Positions 1-9,400 of a stretch of DNA of 64,000 nt are shown piece by piece (position 1 is the first letter of the stretch; each line of letters starts with the position of its first letter). This DNA is from an uncultured Mediterranea sp. (GTDB lineage Bacteria > Bacteroidota > Bacteroidia > Bacteroidales > Bacteroidaceae), in the NCBI GenBank assembly GCA_945879145.1, contig CAMCUZ010000006.1, forward strand, positions 5,790-69,789, read 5' to 3'. The notes under the pieces were generated by a model. That model saw only the letters and a list, made by a program, of their open reading frames with translations, ran no database searches and was not told the DNA's origin. The position numbers and the translations under genes were made by a program.

Positions 1-46
1 GCTGCTTGGCCTCCTCTTGTCCGATGATGTCGCTGAAACTGAACAT
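1..46 (-). CDS. holB: 5' fragment of probable DNA polymerase III subunit delta' (runs off the window)
   Basis: Reverse strand from ATG at 46 reads MFSFSDIIGQEEAKQ, resembling Bacteroidales HolB N-termini. It lies directly downstream of metF. Only 15 codons are visible. Confidence 0.6.
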   Translation of the reverse strand, partial: MFSFSDIIGQEEAKQ

Positions 47-87
47 GGCGCGCTGTGTAATCTATATTATAAATAGGTATTAACGTC

Positions 88-1041
88 TTAGTAAATCACC
101 TTGGCCACTTCGCGGATGCTATCTACGGCGCCTACGGTGTAGAAGTGGATGCTGGGTACGCCGTGGGCTATCAGCTCCTTGCATTGCTGGATACACCACT
201 CGATACCTACTTGCTTGACCTGCTCGTCAGTGGTGCACTTCAGCACCTCTTCGGTCAGCTCTTTGGGCAGATCGACCTTGAAGGTCTTGGGTATGATATT
301 GAGCTGTGCGGCTCGCTTCAGAGGCTTGATACCGGGGATGATGGGTACGTAGATGCCTTCGGCACGCGCCCGCTCCACGAAGTCGAAGTACTTACGGTTG
401 TCGTAGAAGAGCTGGGTCACGGCATATTCGGCACCTGCTTCCACCTTCTTCTTGAGCCAGTAGAGGTCGCTCTCCATGTTGGGAGCCTCGTCGTGCTTCT
501 CGGGGTAGCAGGCCACGCCGTAGGTGAAGGGGGTCTTGGAGATTTTCATCTCTGAACCATCTACGCTGATGCCTCGGTTGAAGCGGTTGATCTGTTCTTG
601 CAGCTCCACGGCATGGGCGTAGCCACCAGGCTCTGGAGTGAAGAGTTGCTCGTGCTTGGCCTTGTCGCCACGCAGTACCAGCAGGTCGGTGATACCCAGG
701 AACTGCAGGTCGAGCAGGACATATTCGGTATCCTCACGGTTGAAGCCGCTGCAGAGGATGTGGGGTACGGTAGTGATGCCGTAGCGGTTCTGGATGGCGG
801 CAGCTACGGCTACGGTGCCGGGGCGCCGACGTACGCGGTTGCGCTGGAAGAGGCCATTGCCCAAATCCTTATAGACGAACTCGCTGCGGTGGGTGGTGAT
901 GTTGATGTATTTGGGGTCGAATTCGCGCAGGGCATCAATGTCTTGATACACTTTTTCGATGCCTGTACCCTTGATGGGCGGCAGTATTTCGAAGGAGAAG
1001 GCGGTCTTCTCTGCGCTGTTTATCAGGTCTGTTACTCTCAT
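88..1041 (-). CDS. metF: 5,10-methylenetetrahydrofolate reductase
   Basis: FSFEILPP, PHILCSG, LVLRGD, AGAEYAVTQLFYD, IIPGIKP and SIHFYT motifs. Confidence 0.95.
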   Translation of the reverse strand: MRVTDLINSAEKTAFSFEILPPIKGTGIEKVYQDIDALREFDPKYINITTHRSEFVYKDLGNGLFQRNRVRRRPGTVAVAAAIQNRYGITTVPHILCSGFNREDTEYVLLDLQFLGITDLLVLRGDKAKHEQLFTPEPGGYAHAVELQEQINRFNRGISVDGSEMKISKTPFTYGVACYPEKHDEAPNMESDLYWLKKKVEAGAEYAVTQLFYDNRKYFDFVERARAEGIYVPIIPGIKPLKRAAQLNIIPKTFKVDLPKELTEEVLKCTTDEQVKQVGIEWCIQQCKELIAHGVPSIHFYTVGAVDSIREVAKVIY

Positions 1042-1069
1042 ATTCTTGAGCTCTTAATCATAAATGGGG

Positions 1070-1077
1070 CAAATATA
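1070..1077 (-). promoter_or_regulatory. Bacteroidetes -7 promoter box (TATATTTG) for metF
   Basis: Matches TAnnTTTG about 30 bp upstream of the start codon. Confidence 0.6.
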
Positions 1078-1133
1078 CGAAAGTTTCTTGATTATCTCCG
1101 CATTTTTTGCCTTCTTTGTGCTAAAAAATGGCT

Positions 1134-1979
1134 TCATCCCCGCGTGAAGCGCAGCAGAGCCCAGCGGTTGTTTTCGCGGTGGTGTACAAAGCGGAGGCCC
1201 AGGCGTTCGGCTTCGGCCCGCAGTACGGGGATGTCATCTACGTAGAATCCGCTCATCAGCAGGGTGGCTCCGGGGTTCATGCGCTCTACGTAGCAGGCCA
1301 TGTCGGCCAGCAGGATATTGCGGTTGATGTTGGCGATGACGTAGTCAAAGGGGCCTTTGTCGCTCAGTATGGAGGCATCACCGTGATAGACGCTGATTTG
1401 ATCTACACCGTTCAGGCTGATGTTCTCCAGCGAGTTGCGCACGCACCAGTCGTCGATGTCGATGGCGGTGCAGGGGGTGGCGCCACGCATGCGGCCCAGT
1501 ATGGCGAGTATGGCTGTGCCGCAGCCCATGTCGAGCAGCGAGCATCCGTTGAGGTCGCTCTCAAGCAGCTCGCCCAGCATCAAGCCGGTGGTCTCGTGGT
1601 GGCCGGTTCCAAAGGCCATCTGCGGGTTGATAATGATGTCATACTCCACCTGCGGGGTCTCTTTGTGGAAGGTGCTGTGGATGCAGCAGCGCTGGCCGAT
1701 GACGATGGGCTGGAAGAAGTGCTTCTCCCACTCCTCGTTCCAGTCGCGCTCTTCGGCCAGCTGGTGGCTCACGCTGAGGGTGACGTTGGGCATGGGGAAG
1801 TCGGCCAAAATGGCAGTCACTGCAGCTTCGTCGTGCAGCGAAGCCTGGACGTAGGCTTTGAGCTGCTGACCTTCGACTACAAAGCTCTCAAACCCCACTT
1901 CGCCGAGCAGTGCACTCAGCAGGTCGGTGGCTGTTTCGCTGAAAGGGGTGGCATTCAAGGTATATTCAATGTATTGCAT
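1134..1979 (-). CDS. prmA: Ribosomal protein L11 methyltransferase
   Basis: DWNEEWEK, INPQMAFGTGHHETT, LLDMGCGTAILAI and ANINRN motifs. Confidence 0.95.
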   Translation of the reverse strand: MQYIEYTLNATPFSETATDLLSALLGEVGFESFVVEGQQLKAYVQASLHDEAAVTAILADFPMPNVTLSVSHQLAEERDWNEEWEKHFFQPIVIGQRCCIHSTFHKETPQVEYDIIINPQMAFGTGHHETTGLMLGELLESDLNGCSLLDMGCGTAILAILGRMRGATPCTAIDIDDWCVRNSLENISLNGVDQISVYHGDASILSDKGPFDYVIANINRNILLADMACYVERMNPGATLLMSGFYVDDIPVLRAEAERLGLRFVHHRENNRWALLRFTRG

Positions 1980-2025
1980 AAGCTGAAAAGGAGTTTAATA
2001 ATGGTCAAATCATGATTTCCGACTA

Positions 2026-2107
2026 CAAAAGTAGTGGATTTTAGGGAAATCCCTACCAATCTTTGGGGATTTTCTCTCGTCTGTATCTAGAAATGGCCCT
2101 ATCTTTG
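2026..2107. promoter_or_regulatory. Divergent promoter pair: TACTTTTG (-, 2026-2033, prmA) and TATCTTTG (+, 2100-2107)
   Basis: Two TAnnTTTG boxes, each pointing at an adjacent divergent gene. Confidence 0.6.
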
Positions 2108-2155
2108 TGGTGTGAAAGAGTAAATCAATCAATGAAACGATAAATAGTGAACGAT

Positions 2156-3508
2156 ATGAAGAAGATTTTAATGACGCTGTTGGCCGCATGGGCCTTGCCG
2201 ATGATGCTGATGGCACAGTCGGCAGACGATGACCTCTACTTCGTTCCCTCGAAGAAGAAGAGTGAGAAGAAGGCGAGCACCGTAAGGGTGGAGAGCTCAG
2301 CACCGGTACGTGTGGAAACGACTACTACGGTGGTCACCACGAGTTCGGCTCCGCAGGTGGTGGTGCGCGATAGGAAGAAGCGTACGCGTGATGTGGATGC
2401 CTACAATCGACGCTACGATGCCAGTGACTACACCTTCGCTACCGATCATGATACACTCTACATCGACGAGCGCCCAGACAGCGACCTCGACGGAGAGTGG
2501 GTGAATGGATTCGACGGCTCAATTGACGACTACGAGTATGCTACGCGTATCATCCGCTTCCGTAATCCCCGTTACGCCATTTCGGTAAGCAGCCCGCTCT
2601 ATTTCGACGTGGTCTATGGACTCAACTCTTGGGAGTGGAATGTCTATACCGATGGACTCTACGCCTACGCTTTCCCCACCTTCTCCAACCGCCTCTGGTG
2701 GGATTGGCGCTTCAACTCCTACGGCTGGGGGTGGTATTCGCCCTACTACAGCTGGGGTTGGCACTCACCTTATTATCACTGGAGCTGGTACTCCGGCTGG
2801 TATGGCTACGACTACTGGTATGGCCCGCACTTCGCTTACCATCACCACCACCATCATCACTGGGGCTGGGGACCGTCGTGGGGAGCTGCCCGTCCATGGG
2901 GTGGGGCTTACACCGCACGTCCCTCAGTTGGTACGCGATTCAGCTCTTCCACGCGGGCCAATGGCTATCGTCCCGGTGTGACAGCTCGTCGTTCCGTGAC
3001 CCGCAGCAGCAACGGTACGCAGACTTCACGCCGCATTACAGCGGGCAGTAGCAATCGCCAGAGCGGTGTAGGAACTCGTTCGCAGGGCAGCTCTGCTACA
3101 CGTCGCGTGGTGGGTACCCGTCAGACGCAGAGCTCCAACCGTAGTGGCGTCACCACCCGTACGGGAAATGCATCGTCGAGCCGCCGTCAGACCTATACGC
3201 GTCCGAGCAGTACCCGTGTAACAGGAGCCACTGATACGCAGACAACGGGAACTGTACGTCGCTCAACGGCTACGAGCAGCGAGTCGCGTGCTACCTACAA
3301 CCGTGGTTCGAGCACGTCGCCTCAGCGTCGCGAACAGGGTACCGCAACGACCCGCTCTTCGCAGGGGGCTCAGCAGAGTCGCAGCAGCTACAACAGGGAC
3401 AACTCCACGCGTAGCAGCGGCAGCAGCTTCAGCTCAGGCAGCTCTACCCGCAGCAGTGGTGGCGGTGCCGTACGCTCTTCAGGTGGTGGCGGCAGTCGCA
3501 GACGATAG
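2156..3508 (+). CDS. Exported hypothetical protein with W/Y/G-rich segment, His7 tract and long R/S/T/G-rich disordered tail
   Basis: Signal-peptide-like [21 protein letters not shown], a long ORF and an upstream promoter. ATG at 2156 preferred over the GTG at 2147. Confidence 0.8.
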   Translation: MKKILMTLLAAWALPMMLMAQSADDDLYFVPSKKKSEKKASTVRVESSAPVRVETTTTVVTTSSAPQVVVRDRKKRTRDVDAYNRRYDASDYTFATDHDTLYIDERPDSDLDGEWVNGFDGSIDDYEYATRIIRFRNPRYAISVSSPLYFDVVYGLNSWEWNVYTDGLYAYAFPTFSNRLWWDWRFNSYGWGWYSPYYSWGWHSPYYHWSWYSGWYGYDYWYGPHFAYHHHHHHHWGWGPSWGAARPWGGAYTARPSVGTRFSSSTRANGYRPGVTARRSVTRSSNGTQTSRRITAGSSNRQSGVGTRSQGSSATRRVVGTRQTQSSNRSGVTTRTGNASSSRRQTYTRPSSTRVTGATDTQTTGTVRRSTATSSESRATYNRGSSTSPQRREQGTATTRSSQGAQQSRSSYNRDNSTRSSGSSFSSGSSTRSSGGGAVRSSGGGGSRRR

Positions 3509-3520
3509 CAGCTATTCACT

Positions 3521-3603
3521 GTAGGGGCGGAATACCTTCCGCCCTGCATACAGCAACTTGGAATATGGTGTGGGAATCTGTGCGGAAATTAGTCCGCCCC
3601 TAC
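3521..3603. repeat. Convergent pair of GTAG REP-like hairpin elements
   Basis: GTAGGGGCGGAATACCTTCCGCCC at 3521-3544 (+) and its inverted relative GTAGGGGCGGACTAATTTCCGCACA at 3579-3603 (-). Confidence 0.7.
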
Positions 3604-3635
3604 AACAGAAGTATAAACTAAATAATAAGAACAAA

Positions 3636-5195
3636 ATGAAGAAACTATTTCTGGCTCTGTCGCTCTCTTTGGTTATGATGGGAGCAGGGGCGCAAACGGT
3701 ATATGATGCGATGAACATCGCACAGAAAGATTTGAATGGTACGGCCCGCTTTGTGGGTATGGGTGGCGCTATGGGTGCCTTGGGTGGCGATGTCACCACC
3801 AACGGAACCAATCCAGCCGCTATCGGTATCTACCGCAGCAATGATGCCCCGATCACTTTTTGCTACAACATGAATCCCACCGAGAGCAACTTCGATGGCA
3901 ATCGCTTTGAACACAACAAGTGCCGCTGGAGTTTTGATAATGCCGGCTTCGTCTATGCCATGAAGATCGGCAACCAAACCGCCCTGCGCTACGCCAACTT
4001 TGGCTTCAACTATACGCGCAGCAAGTCGCTCTACCGCAATCTCACCATGAATGGGCTGATGGGTGCGTTCGATGGCTATTATCTTTCGCAAGTGCGCACC
4101 ATGGCGCAGCAGGCCCAAGAGAACGATGCGTACATCAGCACCGATTTTGACTCGCCTGAGATTTGGAACGATTACGAAGCCGGATGGCTGGGCGTGATGG
4201 GCGTTAAGGGGGGATTGCTGGATGGCGATCTCCATGCCGTAGTACCCGACGAGGTGGATGCCCTCTTCCAAAGTCGCGAACGTGGCGGGGTGGATCAGTA
4301 TAACTTCAACATGGCCTTCAATGTGAACGACCGCTTCTATTTCGGTGCGACCATCGGCGCCTACGATGTGGATTACAAGAAATATGCCCTCTACGATGAG
4401 GATTATGGTAACGGCGAAGGATACTCGCTCGAGAACTTCAACCGCATCTACGGTTCCGGTTTCGACGTGAAGCTGGGCTTCATTGCCCGTCCCTTTGAGG
4501 ATTCGCCGCTGCGTATCGGATTGGCGGTACATACTCCAACGTGGTACGCACTGACTTACGAAACAGGCGCGGAGCTGGCTGCTGATGTCTTTCTGGATGA
4601 CAATCCCCAGACCACTCGTCTCACGGCCAGTACCTACAGCGATTTGAATGGTCCGATGGTGCGCGATTTTAAGCTCGAAACACCTTGGGTGATTAACGCT
4701 TCGCTGGGCTATACGGTGGGCTCTATGTTGGCTCTGGGTGCCGAATATGAGTACGAGGACTACTCGTCGATGAAGTTCAAGTACCCTGAAGGGGATGAAA
4801 TGGCTTGGGAGACGGGAGAGTCCGACCTCTGTCTGAAGGCTACTCACACCTTGCGACTGGGTATGGAGATGAAGCCTGTCTCGCAATTTGCCCTGCGTGC
4901 CGGCTATAACTTCACGTCGGCTGCGTTCAACGACGATGCCGTCAAGGCCTTGCCCGTCAACAGCATCAATACCGATACGGAGTTTAGCAACAGTAAGGAG
5001 CTCCATACGGCCACCATCGGTTTGGGCTACCGTGGTAAGATGTTTTATGCCGATTTGGCCTACAAATATAGCTGGCAGAAGGCTGATTTCTACCCCTTCT
5101 ACAATGAGATGGACAACGATATAGTGAGCGCTATGCCGACTAAGGTGGATAACAGCCGCAGCCAGGTACTCCTCACCTTGGGTCTGCGTTTTTGA
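3636..5195 (+). CDS. FadL/OmpP1-like outer-membrane beta-barrel transporter
   Basis: Signal peptide, GTARFVGMGGAMGALGGD and NPAAIGIY N-terminal motifs, alternating barrel strands and C-terminal LGLRF. Confidence 0.8.
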   Translation: MKKLFLALSLSLVMMGAGAQTVYDAMNIAQKDLNGTARFVGMGGAMGALGGDVTTNGTNPAAIGIYRSNDAPITFCYNMNPTESNFDGNRFEHNKCRWSFDNAGFVYAMKIGNQTALRYANFGFNYTRSKSLYRNLTMNGLMGAFDGYYLSQVRTMAQQAQENDAYISTDFDSPEIWNDYEAGWLGVMGVKGGLLDGDLHAVVPDEVDALFQSRERGGVDQYNFNMAFNVNDRFYFGATIGAYDVDYKKYALYDEDYGNGEGYSLENFNRIYGSGFDVKLGFIARPFEDSPLRIGLAVHTPTWYALTYETGAELAADVFLDDNPQTTRLTASTYSDLNGPMVRDFKLETPWVINASLGYTVGSMLALGAEYEYEDYSSMKFKYPEGDEMAWETGESDLCLKATHTLRLGMEMKPVSQFALRAGYNFTSAAFNDDAVKALPVNSINTDTEFSNSKELHTATIGLGYRGKMFYADLAYKYSWQKADFYPFYNEMDNDIVSAMPTKVDNSRSQVLLTLGLRF

Positions 5196-5213
5196 TTTCT
5201 CGCTGATTATTTA

Positions 5214-5266
5214 GTCCGCCCCTACAAGTGGTTTCTCTACCTGTAGGGGCGGAATATTTTCCGCCC
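5214..5266. repeat. Divergent pair of GTAG REP-like elements
   Basis: GTCCGCCCCTAC at 5214-5225 (- copy) and GTAGGGGCGGAATATTTTCCGCCC at 5243-5266 (+ copy). Confidence 0.7.
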
Positions 5267-5315
5267 AGAGCCATACTTAATGAATGATATGCGTTACAGT
5301 CCTCAGGGCGCAAGA

Positions 5316-5864
5316 TCAGTAGAGCAGCAGCCCAGCTATGCCGCAGGCAACGATCATGCCGATGGGATTGAGCTTGAAGCGGCGTGTACCGATAAAGGTG
5401 ATGATAAAGAGCAGGCAGCTCACGATGAATGAATAGAGGTCATCAGTGGGCGAACCGAAATTCTCTGCGTTCATCAGCACCAAGGCAGCTGAGGCCAGCA
5501 GACCCACCACCGCAGGGCGAAGTCCCTTGAAGACCGCTTCGACCAGCGGATGTTTCTGGTACTTTAGGAAAAACTTACTGATGGTTAGCATCAGAATAAA
5601 CGAGGGCAGCACCACAGCAAAGGTGGCTACAACAGAGCCCCACACGCTGCCTGTGGCTGTAAAGCCCACGTAGGTGGCCGAGTTGATGCCAATAGGCCCC
5701 GGTGTCATCTGGCTCACCGCCACGATGTCAGTAAACTCCTGCGGTGTGAGCCATCCGTAACGGGTCACTACCTCGCCTTGAATCAACGACAGCATGGCGT
5801 ATCCACCGCCAAAGCCAAACAGGCCAATCTTGAAAAATGTATAGAATAACTGGAGGTAAAGCAT
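5316..5864 (-). CDS. chrA: Short-chain chromate transporter (CHR family) subunit
   Basis: FFKIGLFGFGGGYAM and SQMTPGPIGINSATYVG motifs. Confidence 0.9.
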   Translation of the reverse strand: MLYLQLFYTFFKIGLFGFGGGYAMLSLIQGEVVTRYGWLTPQEFTDIVAVSQMTPGPIGINSATYVGFTATGSVWGSVVATFAVVLPSFILMLTISKFFLKYQKHPLVEAVFKGLRPAVVGLLASAALVLMNAENFGSPTDDLYSFIVSCLLFIITFIGTRRFKLNPIGMIVACGIAGLLLY

Positions 5865-5904
5865 CTTTTATAGTGATTAGTGATTAATTTTAAATTTTAA
5901 ATTG

Positions 5905-6453
5905 TTAATTTGAAATTCTCTTTCCATAGATGAAGCCTCCTAGGCCAGCGGCGATGATAATCCAGATGGGGGAGAAGCCTAACAGCCAGATGAGTAGGGC
6001 CGAAACCACAGGTATCCACACCGTGGTACGCGTAACCTTGGCCGATTTGGCCATGCTGAAGGTGGGAGCGGCTATCAGCGCTACAACACCTGGACGGATG
6101 CCCTTGAAGATACGCTCTACCGTGGGGTTGTCCTTGAAGGTATGGAAAAAGAGGGCGATGGAGAGGATAATCAGGAACGAGGGCAGAATGGTACCAAAGG
6201 CTGTGACCAAGCTCCCCCGCCAACCGCGCAGGCGGTAACCGATGAAGATGGAGATGTTTACGGCCAAGATGCCAGGCGATGACTGGGCAATAGCCAGCAG
6301 GTCGATGAAGTCCTCCTTAGCCAACCAGTGGCGCTTGGTGACAATTTCATTCTCAATCAGTGGAACCATGGCATAGCCTCCACCCAGGGTGAAGGCGCCC
6401 AGCTTGAAGAAGATGGCAAACGATTGCCAGTAGATATTCTCTTTCAGATTCAT
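5905..6453 (-). CDS. chrA: Short-chain chromate transporter (CHR family) subunit
   Basis: FKLGAFTLGGGYAM and AQSSPGILAVNISIFIG motifs. Tandem partner of the previous gene. Confidence 0.9.
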   Translation of the reverse strand: MNLKENIYWQSFAIFFKLGAFTLGGGYAMVPLIENEIVTKRHWLAKEDFIDLLAIAQSSPGILAVNISIFIGYRLRGWRGSLVTAFGTILPSFLIILSIALFFHTFKDNPTVERIFKGIRPGVVALIAAPTFSMAKSAKVTRTTVWIPVVSALLIWLLGFSPIWIIIAAGLGGFIYGKRISN

Positions 6454-9400
6454 TGTATCTCTTCGGTGTTCTTTTCGTTGTTGATTTGCTCTTGTGCGTA
6501 CTGCGACGGACTGAGGTGATAGTACTTCTTAAACACTTCGCGGAAGTATTTGGCATCGTTGAAGCCCGTTCGTTCGGCTATCTCGCTGACGGTGTAGCGC
6601 TGTTCGCGCAGCAAGCGGGCGGCCTGCTGCAGGCGGATCAGACGCATATAATCGGCCGGCGACTCGTCGGTCAGCGCTTTGATTTTGTTATAGACGCTGG
6701 TGCGGCTCATGCAGAGTTGGCTACAGAGGTTATCGACGTTGAAGTCGGTATCGGCCATGTGCTGCTCCACGTAGCTTCTCACGTTGGTGATGAACTGCTC
6801 GTCGAGCGGTCCGATGCTCTGCGCAATGGCCGTTGTGGAGGAGGAGTCAGTAGGCAAAGCATGGCTGTCCTCTACGCTGGTCAGCCAACGCTTAATCCGT
6901 TCGCGGTTGGCCAGAATGCTCTCTATCTTGGCCATCAGCACGCCCAGGTGAAAGGGCTTGGTCAGGTAGTCATCGGCTCCACATTGCAGGCCGTTGATCA
7001 TCTCCTGTTCGTTGGCCAGGGCCGTCAGCAGCACCACGGGGATGTGTGACGTGTTCAGGTCTCCCTTGAGTTGCTTGCAGAGTGCATCGCCCCGCAAGCC
7101 TGGCATCATAATGTCTGAAATGATCAGTTGTGGTTGCTGCTCCTGCGCCTGCTGCAGGGCATCGGTGCCGTTGGCGCAGGCTATCACGCGGTAGCTGCTG
7201 CCCAGTGTCTCGGCCAGGTAGTGGCGCAGCTCGTCGTTGTCTTCGGCAATCAGCAACAGCGGCGCATCGGCAGGTTGCTGAGGGGATTGCTCTTGCAGGG
7301 TAGGCATTCCGCTGGCTACGGCTGTCTGACGGGTGCCGAGGGGTGGGAGGGGCTGGATGGCCTCGTTACTCGGGTAGGTAGATGGGGTCTCTTCTTTCAG
7401 CAGGGCTTTGCTATAGGCCTTCGCTGATAAGGGGAAGGTGAGCTGCACCGTAGTACCTGTCCCCTCTTTGCTGTTCAGCTGGAGCTTACCTTTGTGCAGT
7501 TTCACCAGTTTCTTCACCATCAGCAGTCCAATGCCGCTGCCCGTCACCTTGGCATTGATGGCGTTGCTGGCGCGGTATTGGGTGCGGAAAATCTTCTTCA
7601 GTTCAGATGCAGGAATGCCGATGCCGCTGTCCTTCACCGTGATGACCCACTCCTTCTCTGTGTTGCGGCAGTTGACCTCTACACGGCCACCGTCGGGAGT
7701 ATATTTGAGGGCGTTCGAGAGGAGGTTTTTCAGTATGGAGTCCATCTTCTCCCTGTCCATCCATACATGGAGTGGCTCCGTGGGGGTGGTCAGGGTCAGC
7801 TGCAGCTGGTGGCTCTCGGCAAAGGGACGGAACACTTCCAGCGTCTCGTTCAGGTATCCCTTTAGATCGCATCGCTCCACGTGCAGGCGTTCGCTATAGG
7901 TGTCTATCCGCTCAAATCGGATCAAGTTAGTGGCCAGGTGGAGCAGGGCGTTGACATTACGCAGGGCGGTCTGCATGCGTCGTTGTCCCTCTTCGCTGAG
8001 GGGTTCCTTCTCCTGCAGCTCTTCCAGCGGTGCTTTGATCAGGGTGAGCGGTGTGCGGATGTCGTGCGCCGTGTTGATAAAGAACTGTATCTTCTCTTTC
8101 GAGATTCTACGCTGCTTGCGCAGATAGGCGTACCTGAGCGATAGGCCAATCAGTGTGGCGCTCAGCAGGAGATAGAGGGCGTAGGCCCAGGAGGTGGACC
8201 AAAAGGGTGGGGCCACGATGATTTCCAGTCTTCGCTCTTCCAGGATGACGTGTCGGTCTTCGTTGGATATGGCTCGGATGCGCAGGGTGTACTGGCCAGG
8301 GCTGAGGTTGGTGATGCGGATGCGTCCATCCTCGTCGGGCTGAGTCCAGTGATCGTAGAATCCCTCCAGTCGCCAGGTATAGAGTACCTGCGAGGGGGCG
8401 TCGTAGTTGATTGACGACACCTTGATGGAGAAGAAGTTCTGGTTATGCTTCAGGTACAGGGTGGAGGTCAGGTCCAGCTCGTCGGTCAACGGGGAGCCTT
8501 TTTCTCCGCCACTCATTTGTTGGTAAAAGATGGCCAGGTCGCTCAGCACCAGTTTGGAGGGTGCTACTGGTGGGAGCGGGCGCTGCTTATTGAAGAGCAG
8601 CACGCCCTCGGTACTGCCCAGTACGAAGTAGCCGTCGCGGGTCAGCAGGCCCGACGAGGCGTTGAAGTGGTCGGTGCTGAGTCCCTGTTCGCGTGTCCAG
8701 TTGGTAAAGTGGTCGTTGTCGGGGTTGAAGAAGGTTACGGCTCCCTCGGTGGTCATGAGCAACTGCTCGCCGCCGTTGCAGATCAGGGTGTAGATGCTGT
8801 TCGAGATCAGGGCGCAGTTGTCCTTGTGGTAATGGTCAATCTCTCCCGTCGAAGGGGTATAGATGAACAGGCCGGCACAGTTGGTACCGATGAAGAGTCG
8901 GCCATCGGGGCTCTGACAGAGGGAGTAGATGGAGCAGGAGGTGATGGGGAGTTCAATCTCTTGGACCTGGTGGCTCTGTTTGTGGAGCAGGTAGAGGCCG
9001 TGTGAGGTGCCTACCCAGAGCCTCTCTGCATCGTGTTCAACCAGGGCCGTGATACCGCTCAGTTCGGGGTAGAGCTGTACGGAGTGCTGGGTGATATCCA
9101 CCACCTTGAGGTTGTAGAGTCCACCCGACCAGATCAGGCCGTCGCGGTCCTTCAGCATGGCGCGGATGTATTTGTCGGGGCGGATGTCTTGTCCGCTGAA
9201 GCTGCTGGGGGTGAAGTTGATGATTTGTCCTGTCTGCTTATGGATCTGGTAGAGCCCGGAGCTGTAGCCTCCCACCCACACCAGGCCAGGCCTCACCTCG
9301 CAGAGTGAGAGGAAGGTGTGACTCTTCATGCCGGGAGTGCGTTCACCGCTGCCTTCGCTGAGGAAGGTGCGCCATGTGCGTTGCTTGCGGTTGTAGAGGC

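Noticed and set aside
1042-1133. SAM or other riboswitch upstream of metF (and a purine riboswitch upstream of purL)
   Set aside because: The promoter boxes are only about 30-35 bp from the start codons, leaving no room, and no aptamer-like structure was recognised.
5316-6453. Chromate transporters as a metal-resistance island
   Set aside because: No mobility genes or other resistance genes nearby. It appears to be core synteny with the HTCS and purL.
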